Shown: positions 1-9,105, counted from the first letter of the stretch. The stretch is DNA of 24,000 nt from an uncultured Actinomycetota bacterium (GCA_964450395.1 CAYVGE010000028.1:1816-25815), one strand, 5' to 3'. A program made the numbers and translations. Notes: generated from the letters alone by a model not told the origin.

Positions 1-6
1 CACGAG

Positions 7-39
7 ACCTACGGTTGCGTAACTTACGCTACCGTAGGT
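7..39. promoter_or_regulatory. 33-bp near-perfect palindrome, candidate TetR-type operator
   Basis: acctacggt-t-gcgtaa-c-ttacgc-t-accgtaggt: 9-bp and 6-bp nested arms with one mismatched pair and a central C. Alternating TACG/CGTA half-sites at 10, 18, 25 and 33. Confidence 0.55.
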
Positions 40-147
40 TCCCCGGGGACGCCATGCAAAAACCCAGTTCAGCGTCGTGGCCCATCCGCGGTCGGACACC
101 TCGAGCAGTCCGAGCAGGCGCCGCGCGGGTCCGTGCGTGGTGTCGGG

Positions 148-456
148 TCACCCCATGGTGTGGCGGCGCTGCCGCCAGCCGCACCGCAGGCAGCTGAACG
201 AGATCTCGCCGTCGTGGTCGTCGACCACGCCACCGCTGGCCCCGCACCGGCCGCAGCGCGCGGCCGAGGTCCACAGGTGCGGGCGGTCGCCCGAGCCGTC
301 CCACTCGGCACCGTGGTCCCGGCCCCGCCGCAGGTGCGTGCGCAGGGCCAGCAGCCACGCGCCGATCAGGACGACCGCTGCGACGACCGCGACGAGCAGC
401 ATGGGCGTCCTCCCGGCGGTGGCGAGTGGTCGCTGGAGGCGTACCCACTCGGCCAC
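148..456 (-). CDS. small membrane protein with C-terminal CxxC...CxxC zinc-ribbon-like motif
   Basis: ORF has one hydrophobic segment (MLLVAVVAAVVLIGAWLLAL) and CGRCG...CLRCGW. No family recognised. Confidence 0.55.
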   Translation of the reverse strand: MAEWVRLQRPLATAGRTPMLLVAVVAAVVLIGAWLLALRTHLRRGRDHGAEWDGSGDRPHLWTSAARCGRCGASGGVVDDHDGEISFSCLRCGWRQRRHTMG

Positions 457-571
457 CGGGTGGTGCGCGCGGACCCGTCCCGGTCAGGCCGGCACCGCGG
501 GCGCGCGGGGGTCAGCACGTTGCAGCCATCCGGAGCGGTGGATCGTGTGCCTCCCGGGCCGGCACCGGGCG

Positions 572-2065
572 TCAGCCCTCGTCGTGGGGGGTCCAGCGCA
601 GCACCAGTTCGCGGGCGGCCTTGGCCTCGTCGAGGCGGCGGACCGGCGTGGTGCGCGGTGCGTCGTGCAGCCGGTCGGGGTCGGTGGCCGCCTCGTCGAC
701 GGCCTGTGCCAGCGCGGCGGCGAAGCCGTCGAGCGTCTCGGGGGTCTCGGTCTCGGTCGGCTCGATCATCAACGCCTCGTCGACGATCAGCGGGAAGTAG
801 TTGGTCGGCGGGTGGTAGCCCAGATCGATCAGCCGCTTGCACACGTCGAGCACCTTCACGCCGTGCTGCTTGACCTCGGTCCCCTGCAGCACGAACTCGT
901 GCATCGACGGATGCTGCGGGAACGCCAGTGGCAGCGCCTCGGACGTGCGGGCGGCCAGGAAGTTCGCGTTGAGCACCGCCTTGGCGCTCATCGAGGCCAG
1001 TCCGTCGCCGCCGTGGCGCTGCAGGTACGACAGCGCCCGCAGCAACACCCCCGTGTTGCCGTGGAAGCCGTGCACGCGACCGATCGACAGTGGCCGGTCG
1101 TGGTCGAAGCGGTAGCTGGTCTGCGGCCCGTCCTCGGCCACGACGACCGGCGCCGGGAGGAATGGTGCCAACGCCTCGCTGACCACGACCGGGCCGGCGC
1201 CGGGCCCGCCGCCGCCGTGCGGGGTGGCGAAGGTCTTGTGGACGTTGAGGTGGACGACGTCGAAGCCCATGTCGCCGGGCCGCACCCGCCCGGCGATCGC
1301 GTTGAAGTTCGCGCCGTCGTAGTACAGCAGCCCGCCCGCCCCGTGCACGGCCTTGGCGTTGCGTTCGATCTCCAGCTCGAACAGGCCGAGGGTGTTCGGG
1401 TTGGTCAGCATCAGCCCGGCGGTCCGCTCGTCCACGAGGTCCTCGAGCGCGTCGACGTCGACCAGCCCGTCCTCGCCGGACGGCACGGTGACGGCGTCGT
1501 ACCCGGCGATCGTCGCGCTGGCGGGGTTGGTGCCGTGCGCCGAGTCGGGGACGATGATCACGCTGCGGGCGTCGTCGCCGCCGTGCTCGTGGTACGCGCG
1601 GATCAGCAGCAGGCCGACCAGCTCCCCCTGCGCCCCCGCGGCGGGCTGCAGCGTGGCGGCGTGCAGCCCGGTCAGCTCGGTCAGCCAACGCTCCAGCTCC
1701 CACAGCGCCGCCAACGTGCCCTGGACCGCCGGCGCCGGGGACCACGGGTGCGCCGCCCGGAACCCGGGCAGCGCCGCCACCCGTTCGGCGACCCGCGGGT
1801 TGTACTTCATCGAGCAGGAGCCCAGCGGGTAGAAGCCCACGTCGATGCCGTGGTTGCGCTGGGCCATCCGGGTGAAGTGCCGCACGACGTCGAGCTCGGC
1901 CAGCTCCGGCAGGGCCGGCGGCTCCTCGGCCAGCTCGACCCCGGCCAACGCGCCGGCCAGGTCGACGTCGTCGACGTCGATGGTCGGAAGCTCGCTGGAC
2001 CGCCGTCCCGGACGCGACTTCTCGAACAGCGTCGGCTCGGTCGCCGTCTCCCCCATGACCGTCAT
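572..2065 (-). CDS. gcvPB: glycine dehydrogenase (decarboxylating) subunit 2
   Basis: GcvPB-like features: GFYPLGSCSMKYNPR, LHAATLQPAAGAQGE, NVHKTFATPHGGGGPGAG (PLP lysine). ATG at 2065 preceded by GGAGGG. The tabulated ORF to 2323 is an over-extension. Confidence 0.95.
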   Translation of the reverse strand: MTVMGETATEPTLFEKSRPGRRSSELPTIDVDDVDLAGALAGVELAEEPPALPELAELDVVRHFTRMAQRNHGIDVGFYPLGSCSMKYNPRVAERVAALPGFRAAHPWSPAPAVQGTLAALWELERWLTELTGLHAATLQPAAGAQGELVGLLLIRAYHEHGGDDARSVIIVPDSAHGTNPASATIAGYDAVTVPSGEDGLVDVDALEDLVDERTAGLMLTNPNTLGLFELEIERNAKAVHGAGGLLYYDGANFNAIAGRVRPGDMGFDVVHLNVHKTFATPHGGGGPGAGPVVVSEALAPFLPAPVVVAEDGPQTSYRFDHDRPLSIGRVHGFHGNTGVLLRALSYLQRHGGDGLASMSAKAVLNANFLAARTSEALPLAFPQHPSMHEFVLQGTEVKQHGVKVLDVCKRLIDLGYHPPTNYFPLIVDEALMIEPTETETPETLDGFAAALAQAVDEAATDPDRLHDAPRTTPVRRLDEAKAARELVLRWTPHDEG

Positions 2066-2144
2066 GTCCGCCGTCCCTCCGTGTCGCCGTCCGAGGTCAT
2101 CACACCGCCGCCGCGCACCCTGCCCCCGGCTGCCCGCCCGGCCG

Positions 2145-3491
2145 TCATCGCAGCTCCTTGAGCAGCCGCTCCAGGGCGCCGACCAGGCCGGTGATGTCGC
2201 CCGTGGTCCGCCGCTCGGTGGCGGCGACCACCAGCACCGACTCCCCCGGCCGGGCCGGGTCGTCGAGCACCGGTCCGACCAGGTAGCCCTCGTCGCACAG
2301 CCCGCCGTGCACCGCGAGGGCATCGACGCCCGGCAGCCGCACTGCGAACTCCTTGAGGTACGGCCCGGTGAAGGCCAGCTCGACCCCCTCGAGCGCCGTG
2401 AGGTGCTCGGCCGTCGCCCGGGCCCGGCGCAGGCAGCCGAGGGCGAGCTCGCGTAGGCCGCTGGGGCCCAGCCACGTCATGTAGACCGTGGCCGCGACCG
2501 CGCACAGCGTCTGGTTCGTGCAGATGTTGCTGGTAGCGCGCTCCCGGCGGATGTCCTGCTCCCGGGTGCGCAGCGTCATGACGTAGCCGCGGCGACCATC
2601 GACGTCGACGGTCTCGCCGACGACGCGACCGGGCAGCTTGCGGACGTGCCCGTCGGCGCAGGCGAGGAAGCCCACGGTCGGGCCGCCGAACTGCAGGCCC
2701 TGCCCCAGCGGCTGGCCGTCGCCGACGACGATGTCGGCGCCCTGCGCGCCGGGCGTCGCCAGCAGCCCGACAGCGGTCGGCTCGAGCTTGACGACCAGCA
2801 GCGCGCCCGCGGCGTGCGCGGCCTCGGCGTGCGCGCGGACGTCCTCGACGACCCCGAACCGGTTCGGCTGGGAGATGATGACCGCGGCGACGTCGTCGCC
2901 GACGTCGCGCACGGGGGTCGTCCCGACCGCCGGGTCGACCGGCAGGTCCTCGATGGGCCGGCGCAGGGGATGGCTGTACGTGCCCAGGACCTGACGGGTC
3001 GGCGCGTCGATGCCGGCCGACGCCTGCAGACCCGACCTGCGCGTGATCGCGGCGGCCATGGCGGCCGCCTCGGCCACGGCGCTGGCGCCGTCGTACAGGC
3101 TGGCGTTGGCGACCGGCAGGCCCGTCAGCGCGCAGACCATCGTCTGGAACTCGAAGAGGATCTGCAGGATCCCCTGGCTCACCTCGGGCTGGTAGGGCGT
3201 GTACGCCGTGAGCAGCTCGCCGCGCTGCAGCACCGTGTCGACCACCGCGGGCACGTAGTGGTCGTAGGCGCCACCACCGGCGAAGCAGACCAGGTCGTCG
3301 CGGTTGCGTGCGGCCACGCGCTCCAGCGTGCCGAGCACCTCGTCCTCGCTGCGGCCCGGTGGCAGGTCGAGCGCGGTCTGGACACGCAGGTGGTCGGGGA
3401 TGTGCGAGAACAGGTCGTCCAGGCTCGCCCGCCCGACCACGTCGAGCATCTCGGCGACATCGGTCGCGGTGTGGGGTGCGTAATCGGCCAC
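2145..3491 (-). CDS. gcvPA: glycine dehydrogenase (decarboxylating) subunit 1
   Basis: TAYTPYQPEVSQGILQILFEFQTMVCALTGLPVANASLYDGASA, SNICTNQTLCAVAATVYM. Adjacent to gcvPB. Confidence 0.95.
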   Translation of the reverse strand: MADYAPHTATDVAEMLDVVGRASLDDLFSHIPDHLRVQTALDLPPGRSEDEVLGTLERVAARNRDDLVCFAGGGAYDHYVPAVVDTVLQRGELLTAYTPYQPEVSQGILQILFEFQTMVCALTGLPVANASLYDGASAVAEAAAMAAAITRRSGLQASAGIDAPTRQVLGTYSHPLRRPIEDLPVDPAVGTTPVRDVGDDVAAVIISQPNRFGVVEDVRAHAEAAHAAGALLVVKLEPTAVGLLATPGAQGADIVVGDGQPLGQGLQFGGPTVGFLACADGHVRKLPGRVVGETVDVDGRRGYVMTLRTREQDIRRERATSNICTNQTLCAVAATVYMTWLGPSGLRELALGCLRRARATAEHLTALEGVELAFTGPYLKEFAVRLPGVDALAVHGGLCDEGYLVGPVLDDPARPGESVLVVAATERRTTGDITGLVGALERLLKELR

Positions 3492-3563
3492 GGTTCCTCG
3501 CCACAGGACAGGCGCGGGCGCAGTCGCTCCGCGCGGCAGAGGTCCGAGTCTAGGCCGGAAGCG

Positions 3564-4226
3564 CTACGACGTCGTCCCGTCTGCGAGGCGCGTGTCGCCC
3601 TCGTCGGCGGCGGCGTCGGCGTCGGCGATCGGGGTCGCCGGCTCGGCCGGCAGCGCGGTGACCTCCGCCTCCATCTCGTCGTACAGCGGGTTCACCGCGA
3701 TCGCGAACACACCCTGGCCGCGTTGCAGCAGGTCGATGACGTCCCGCGTGTCGCTGGCCGCGTAGACGGTCTCGCCGTCGCTGGCCAGCGTGAGGTTGCG
3801 CAGCGACAGCCCACGGTCACGGACGTAGTCGATCGCCTTGCGGATGCGCTGCAGGCTCACGCCGACGTCGAGCAGCCGCTTGATCACCTTCAGCGTGACG
3901 ATGTCCTCGAACGAGTAGAGCCGCTGCGACCCCGAGCCCTCGGCGTCGCGGACGCTCGGCTCGACCAGGCCGGTGGTCGCCCAGTAGTCGAGCTGGCGGT
4001 AGGTGATGCCGACGACGCGACAGACCGCGGGACCGCGGTAGCCGCGGGGGCCGTCGTCGAGGCCTGGCAGGGGGATGTCCCGCGGGGCGCGGCCCGATCG
4101 CGCGGTGCTCATCTCGTCCGGTCCGGTGGGGTTGCGACGTCCATGCATCATCCTCGTCGGCGACCGCTGCCCGGTGCCGGCCGGCGTCGTGCGCGACCCG
4201 GCGGCACGCCTGCTCCACGGGACCAT
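3564..4226 (-). CDS. MerR-family transcriptional regulator (Rv1830-like by position and architecture)
   Basis: VVGITYRQLDYWATTGLVEPSVRDAEGSGSQRLYSFEDIVTLKVIKRLLDVGVSLQRIRKAI is a MerR winged helix. True start is probably downstream of the tabulated start. Confidence 0.85.
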   Translation of the reverse strand: MVPWSRRAAGSRTTPAGTGQRSPTRMMHGRRNPTGPDEMSTARSGRAPRDIPLPGLDDGPRGYRGPAVCRVVGITYRQLDYWATTGLVEPSVRDAEGSGSQRLYSFEDIVTLKVIKRLLDVGVSLQRIRKAIDYVRDRGLSLRNLTLASDGETVYAASDTRDVIDLLQRGQGVFAIAVNPLYDEMEAEVTALPAEPATPIADADAAADEGDTRLADGTTS

Positions 4227-4395
4227 GGCCCGTGCGCTTCACACCGGCGTAATTCCGAAAGCTTGAGCACGGTACCGGATGTTCGGCACAGCAGTCAATG
4301 GGTGCGGCGGCATTGCCCCGAGGACGTTGCGACCGGCGCACGACGGATGGGCGGGACGGGCGCCGCCGCGGCCGGGCCGGGACCGCCCCGACCGG

Positions 4396-4878
4396 TCAGG
4401 TCCGGAAGTCCTCGGGACTGACCGAGTCGATGAACTGCTTGAAGCGCTCGACCTCCTGCTCGTCCTCGTCCTCGATCTCGATGCCCGCCTCGGCGAGCAC
4501 CGCCTCCTCGGCGAAGATGGGGACGGTGGCCCGCGCCGACAACGCGATGGCGTCGGACGGGCGGGACGAGACCTTGACCGTGCGGCCGTCGTGGACCAGC
4601 TCGATCTCGGCGTAGAAGGTCCCCTCGCGCAGCTCCGTGACGACGATCCGCTCGATGTCGACCGACAGGTCGGCCAGCATGTTGCGCAGCAGGTCGTGCG
4701 TGAGCGGACGGGGCATGGCGACGCCCTGCAGGGCGAACGCGATGGAGGTGGCCTCCGGCGCGCCGATCCAGATCGGCAGGAACCGGTCCCCGGTGCGCTC
4801 CTTCAGCAGGACGATCGGCTGGTTGTGCGGCAGCTCGACCCGAACGCCCACAAGCTGCAGCTCGATCAACATGCGCAT
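4396..4878 (-). CDS. bifunctional nuclease (BFN/DUF151) family protein
   Basis: MLIELQLVGVRVELPHNQPIVLLKERTGDRFLPIWIGAPEATSIAFAL...SRPSDAIALSARATVPIFAEEAVL. Start may be at the second Met (4872). Confidence 0.92.
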   Translation of the reverse strand: MRMLIELQLVGVRVELPHNQPIVLLKERTGDRFLPIWIGAPEATSIAFALQGVAMPRPLTHDLLRNMLADLSVDIERIVVTELREGTFYAEIELVHDGRTVKVSSRPSDAIALSARATVPIFAEEAVLAEAGIEIEDEDEQEVERFKQFIDSVSPEDFRT

Positions 4879-4995
4879 CCTTCGCTACCGGACCGATGCC
4901 TGCCCCGGCTGCCGTCCGGCGGACCCGGTCCGCCGCGCACCTCAAGGATCCAGGCTCCACGAAGTTTACGGGCGCGACCCCCCACCGACAATGCG

Positions 4996-6177
4996 TCAAC
5001 CGCCGGTCGGCACGTCCACCCGGCGGGGCGTCGCGCGGGTGAAGGCGCGGATCGCGTCCTCCACCGCGGCACCTGCGGCCGACGCCGCGGTGCCCGCGTC
5101 CGCCGCCGGGACTCCGCCCGCCGCCTCGATGCCGGCGGTGTCGACGACCTCGCGTCCGACGACCAGATCGGCGCGCCCCAGGCGGGTGCCACGCCGCACC
5201 GGGCCACCCGGTTCCGGCACGAACGACGCGCGCACCCGCACTGCGCCGTCGACCGGCACCGTGCGCGCGGCGGCGTCGACCAGGCGCGTGGGGACGTCGC
5301 CGGTGGCGGTCCGGTACGGACCGACCTCGACGTCCGCCGCGCTGACGACCGTGAAGTCGTCGAAGCCGTGGTCGAGCAGCGCCCGCGTGTCGGCGAAGTT
5401 GTCGTCGCTGGCGAGCACCGCGGTGTACAGCGTGCGGCCGTCGCGGGTGGCGCTTGCCACCAGGCACAGGCCCGCCAGCGACGTGTAGCCGGTCTTGATC
5501 CCGGTGGCGCCCCGGTAGGTGTCGAGCAGCAGGTTGCGGCTGACCAGCGTGCCGAAGTCGGGAAGCACCACGCGGTAGTCGTCGACGAGGTCGGCGAACG
5601 CCGGATCGGCCATGGCGACCTGGCCGAGCCGGGTGAGGTCGCGCGGGCTGGCGTGGTGGGCCGCGGAGTCCGTCAGCCCCGACGCGTCGACGAAGCTGGT
5701 GTCGTCGAGGCCCAGCTGGGCAGCCCGGGCGTTCATGGCCTCGACGAACGCCGCCTCGCTGCCCGCCACGTGCTCGGCGACGGCGGCGGCGGCGTCGTTG
5801 CCGCTGCGCATCATCAACGCCGTCAGCAGGTCGTCCATCTGGACCTGCTGCCCGGCACGGAGGTCCAGCGTCGCCGCACCGGGCACGTCGTCGGCCGCCG
5901 CGGCCGTCGCCGACACCGTGACGGTGTCGTCGACCGCCCCGGCCTCGACCGCCAGCAGCGCGGTCATGATCTTCGTCGTCGACGCCATGCGCCGCGGCGT
6001 GCCGGCCGCGCGGCCCCACAGCACCCGGCCGTCGAGGGGATCCCACAGCACGGCCCCCTCGGCGCTGATCTCCGCGTCCGGCGCGGGCGGGGCGGCCTGC
6101 TCCTGCGCCCCCGCCGGCGGCGCGACCAGCAGCACCGCGACGACCGCCGCCAGCGCGGCGCGCACCGCCCGCGGCAT
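4996..6177 (-). CDS. D-alanyl-D-alanine carboxypeptidase (PBP5-like, peptidase S11)
   Basis: Signal peptide, then STTK, SGN and KTG motifs (MASTTKIMTALL; MMRSGNDAAAA; IKTGYTSLAG). ATG shares one base with the upstream TGA (TGATG). Confidence 0.93.
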   Translation of the reverse strand: MPRAVRAALAAVVAVLLVAPPAGAQEQAAPPAPDAEISAEGAVLWDPLDGRVLWGRAAGTPRRMASTTKIMTALLAVEAGAVDDTVTVSATAAAADDVPGAATLDLRAGQQVQMDDLLTALMMRSGNDAAAAVAEHVAGSEAAFVEAMNARAAQLGLDDTSFVDASGLTDSAAHHASPRDLTRLGQVAMADPAFADLVDDYRVVLPDFGTLVSRNLLLDTYRGATGIKTGYTSLAGLCLVASATRDGRTLYTAVLASDDNFADTRALLDHGFDDFTVVSAADVEVGPYRTATGDVPTRLVDAAARTVPVDGAVRVRASFVPEPGGPVRRGTRLGRADLVVGREVVDTAGIEAAGGVPAADAGTAASAAGAAVEDAIRAFTRATPRRVDVPTGG

Positions 6178-7025
6178 CAGGCGCGCTGCACCAGGTCGCG
6201 CAGCGCCGCTGCCAGCAGCGCGCGCTTGAGCCGTCCGGTGAACGCGGCGAGCTGCTCGAGCTGCCCGGTCGCCTGGTCGCGGGCGGCGGGGTTGCGCTGG
6301 CGCAGCAGCGGCGTCACGACCTGTTCGAACAGCGAGACCTCGCGGTCGACGAACTGCAGGTACATGCGCAGGTGCCGCGGCTCGAGGCCCAGGCGCAGGA
6401 GCTCCCGGCAGGCCCGGGCGACCAGCAGGTCGGTCGCGCTGAAGCTGGTGGTCCCCCGTCCGGTGCCGATCAGCCCGTACTCGCGCAGGCTGCGCACCTC
6501 CGCGGCGCTCAGACCCGTGGCGTCGGACAGCTCGTCGACCGACAGCGTGATGCCGTCGGTGGGAGGTGCCAGCAGCTGCGCGGCCTCCGTCGACACCGCC
6601 GACTCGATGATGCGCGCCACCTCGGACATGCGCAGCTGCTGGCCCAGCACGGCCTCGCCGGCGTCGCCCTCTGCCAGGGGCGCGGTCGAGATCTCGCCGG
6701 CGTCGAGCCGGTCGAGCTGCTCGCGGATGACCTTCAGCGGCAGGTAGTGATCGCGTTGGGCGGTGAGGATGAAGCGCAGTCGATCGACGTCGTCGTCGGA
6801 GAACTTGCGGTAGCCCGAGTCGGTGCGGTCCGGGAACACCAGCCCCTCGCTCTCGAGGAACCGGATCTTGCTGATCGTGATGTCCTCGAAGTCCTCCTTC
6901 AGCTGGTTGAGGACCTCGCCGATCGTGAAGCCGCCGGCCGCCACGGGACTGCGCCGATCCGCGTCAGGCGGAGCGCTCGGCGACGAATGCGAGAAGCTTG
7001 AACTTCCCGATCTGGATCTCGTCAC
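6177..7025 (-). CDS. ftsR: FtsR-like MerR-family regulator (Rv1828 family)
   Basis: FTIGEVLNQLKEDFEDITISKIRFLESEGLVFPDRTDSGYRKFSDDDVDRLRFILTAQRDHYLPLKVIREQLD. Start uncertain: GTG near 6944 or further upstream, with tabulated GTG at 7025 overlapping the FHA gene. Confidence 0.88.
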   Translation of the reverse strand: MTRSRSGSSSFSHSSPSAPPDADRRSPVAAGGFTIGEVLNQLKEDFEDITISKIRFLESEGLVFPDRTDSGYRKFSDDDVDRLRFILTAQRDHYLPLKVIREQLDRLDAGEISTAPLAEGDAGEAVLGQQLRMSEVARIIESAVSTEAAQLLAPPTDGITLSVDELSDATGLSAAEVRSLREYGLIGTGRGTTSFSATDLLVARACRELLRLGLEPRHLRMYLQFVDREVSLFEQVVTPLLRQRNPAARDQATGQLEQLAAFTGRLKRALLAAALRDLVQRA

Positions 7026-7452
7026 CGGTAGCGATCAGCTGGTCTTCGGCGCGCCGGCCGCCGACGTAGGTCCCGTTCAGGCTGCCGACGTCGTGGATCC
7101 AGAAGCGCCCCTCCTCGCGGCGGAACTCGGCGTGCCGTCGCGACACGGTGATGTCGTCCAGGAAGATGTTGCTCTCGGGGTGCCGGCCGACGGTGACGGT
7201 CTCGCGGTCGAGCAGGAATCGCGCACCCTGGTTCGGGCCCCGCACGACGACGAGCAGCGCGGTGGACGGCTCGAGCTCGGACAGCAGCGCCTGCGCATCC
7301 TCACCGACGTCGCTCGCGTCGACCCGCTCGGGCAGGTCCTCCGGCCGCATCATGCCGGTGGTGTGGTCGCCGGACTCGGCCAGCGGACGCCCGCAGTTGG
7401 CGCAGTAGTTCGCGCCGTCGGGGTTCTGGTGGCCGCAGTGTGTGCAGTACAT
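6964..7452 (-). CDS. garA: FHA-domain protein, GarA/OdhI-like, with N-terminal zinc ribbon
   Basis: MYCTHCGHQNPDGANYCANCG zinc ribbon plus FHA core VTVGRHPESNIFLDDITVSRRHAEFRREEGRFWIHDVGSLNGTYVGG...GDEIQIGKFKL. Alternative start MERMYC at 7461. Confidence 0.88.
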   Translation of the reverse strand: MYCTHCGHQNPDGANYCANCGRPLAESGDHTTGMMRPEDLPERVDASDVGEDAQALLSELEPSTALLVVVRGPNQGARFLLDRETVTVGRHPESNIFLDDITVSRRHAEFRREEGRFWIHDVGSLNGTYVGGRRAEDQLIATGDEIQIGKFKLLAFVAERSA

Positions 7453-7460
7453 GCGCTCCA

Positions 7461-7841
7461 TCACGACGATTCGGTGAGCTTGTCGTAGTCGGCCGCCGAC
7501 AGCAGGTCGTCGCCGCCGCCGTCGTCCTCCGCCTCGATGACCACCATCCAGCCGTCGCCGTAGGGGTCGGAGTTGACCAGCTCGGGGTTGGACTCGAGGG
7601 TCTCGTTGCGCTCGACGATGGTGCCGGTGACCGGCGCGTACAGGTCCGACACGCTCTTGGTCGACTCGACCTCGCCGAACGGCTGGCCCTGCTCGACGCG
7701 CGTCCCGGTCGCGGGCAGGTCGATGTAGACGACGTCGCCCAGCGCGTCCTGGGCGTACTCGGTGATGCCGACGGTCAGGCGGCGTCCCTCGACACGCGCC
7801 CACTCGTGCTCCTCGGTGTACCTGCGATCGTCGGGGTTCAC
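7461..7841 (-). CDS. gcvH: glycine cleavage system H protein
   Basis: RRYTEEHEWARVEG...VGITEYAQDALGDVVYIDLPATGTRVEQGQPFGEVESTKSVSDLYAPVTGTIVERN with lipoyl lysine ESTKS. GTG at 7841 preceded by GGAG. Confidence 0.93.
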   Translation of the reverse strand: MNPDDRRYTEEHEWARVEGRRLTVGITEYAQDALGDVVYIDLPATGTRVEQGQPFGEVESTKSVSDLYAPVTGTIVERNETLESNPELVNSDPYGDGWMVVIEAEDDGGGDDLLSAADYDKLTESS

Positions 7842-7973
7842 TGCATCTCCTGCGTGTGCGGTGCGGCAGCCGGATGCTACCCGCTCCATGACCGTGTGGT
7901 AGAGGTCGACGTGCAGCCTAAGGCCGACCCGTCCACCGCTGTCAACCACTGGATCGCAAGTGCGCGGACCGTG

Positions 7974-8651
7974 TCACTCCGTGCGCGCCCTGCGGATGGC
8001 CAGAGCGACGCGACCATACCGCGCCGCAGCCACGTAGTAGGCGATGATCCCCGCGACCGTGGCGACCCACGCCACCACCAGCACCACCGGCGCACCGGCC
8101 CAGTCGACGCCCGCCAGCAGGAAGCCGGGCACCCCCATCATCAGCAGCGCGGTGGCGGCCTTGCCGACGCGGCTGACGGGGATGGGGGGCACCCCGCCGA
8201 ACAGCGCGAGGCTGGCGCCCAGCACCACCACGTCGCGCAGCACGATCGCGGCCAGCAGCGGCCACGGCAGCAGCCCCGCGACCAGCAGGGTGATCGCCGC
8301 GGTGCCCAGCAGCAGGCGGTCCACCAGCGGGTCCACCAGCTTGCCGATCCGGCTGACCTGGTCGAAGCGCCGCGCCACGTAACCGTCGACCCAGTCGGTG
8401 GCGGCGATCACGGCCAGCAGCCAGAAGGCGACCAGGTGGCGCCCGGGGCCGAGGACGAGCCACACGAACACCGGCAGGCCCAGCAGTCGGACGGCCGTGA
8501 TGACGTTGGGCAGCGTCAGCAGCCGCTCGTGCACCCGCTCCGAGCCCGCGCGCGCCCCGGCGTCGAACAACGGCACTGGTCGGTACCCTTCGATCGTGAT
8601 CGTCCACCGTACCCGCGTGGGCCCTGCGACCGCTGGCATCGCGATACCCAC
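7974..8651 (-). CDS. pgsA: CDP-alcohol phosphatidyltransferase (CDP-diacylglycerol-glycerol-3-phosphate type)
   Basis: CDP-alcohol signature DWVDGYVARRFDQVSRIGKLVDPLVDR, multiple TM segments. Substrate specificity inferred; start uncertain. Confidence 0.82.
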   Translation of the reverse strand: MGIAMPAVAGPTRVRWTITIEGYRPVPLFDAGARAGSERVHERLLTLPNVITAVRLLGLPVFVWLVLGPGRHLVAFWLLAVIAATDWVDGYVARRFDQVSRIGKLVDPLVDRLLLGTAAITLLVAGLLPWPLLAAIVLRDVVVLGASLALFGGVPPIPVSRVGKAATALLMMGVPGFLLAGVDWAGAPVVLVVAWVATVAGIIAYYVAAARYGRVALAIRRARTE

Positions 8652-8693
8652 CGCGCTACGCTGCCAGGCGCGGTCGCAGGCAACGCGGCCCGA

Positions 8694-8772
8694 CGGGATG
8701 TGGCCCAGTTTGGTCTAGGGCGCCGGTCTGGGGGACCGGAGATCCCCGGTTCAAATCCGGGCATCCCGACCA
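8694..8772 (+). tRNA. tRNA-Pro (anticodon GGG), CCA encoded
   Basis: Acceptor CGGGATG/CATCCCG, anticodon stem CCGGT/ACCGG with loop CTGGGGG (GGG), T arm CCCCGGTTCAAATCCGGG, discriminator A, CCA. Confidence 0.95.
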
Positions 8773-8940
8773 CTGAACGGCCGCCGCCACGCGGTTCGGC
8801 GCTCGACGACCACGTCGACTCCGGTTGCTTGCTAGCCACGCCGGCCAGCTCGCCGAGCGCATCCGGCTACAGACCGACCGCTGACGCTCAACCGCGCGTC
8901 GGCGCGCGCGTGAGCGGCTTGTCGCCGGCGGCACGCGGAC

Positions 8941-9105
8941 CTACCGCTCGGGCAGGTCCCGCGTGAAGGCGCTGTTCTTCAGCGTCGATGCGAGCCGGTC
9001 GACGTCGATGTAGCCCTCGGCGACGTCGACGAGCAGACCGACGGCCTCGTTGTCGGACATGGCCAGGATCCAGCCGTTGAGGGGCGGTGAGGCCTCCAGT
9101 GTCAT
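8941..9105 (-). CDS. hypothetical 54-aa ORF
   Basis: MTLEASPPLNGWILAMSDNEAVGLLVDVAEGYIDVDRLASTLKNSAFTRDLPER*. Below the track's length cut-off; no family recognised. Confidence 0.2.
   Translation of the reverse strand: MTLEASPPLNGWILAMSDNEAVGLLVDVAEGYIDVDRLASTLKNSAFTRDLPER

Noticed and set aside
77-2161. 694-aa plus-strand ORF opposite gcvPB
   Set aside because: Low-complexity Arg/Gly/Val-rich translation, antisense to a gene with clear catalytic motifs; typical high-GC shadow ORF.
4279-6747. 822-aa plus-strand ORF
   Set aside because: Antisense to the bifunctional nuclease, carboxypeptidase and ftsR; no domain-like signal.
7842-7973. Possible glycine riboswitch or sigma70-like promoter upstream of gcvH
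   Set aside because: A TTGACA is present (7940-7945, minus) but the -10 at 19-bp spacing is weak, and no glycine-aptamer-like core was recognised by eye. A covariance-model scan would settle it.
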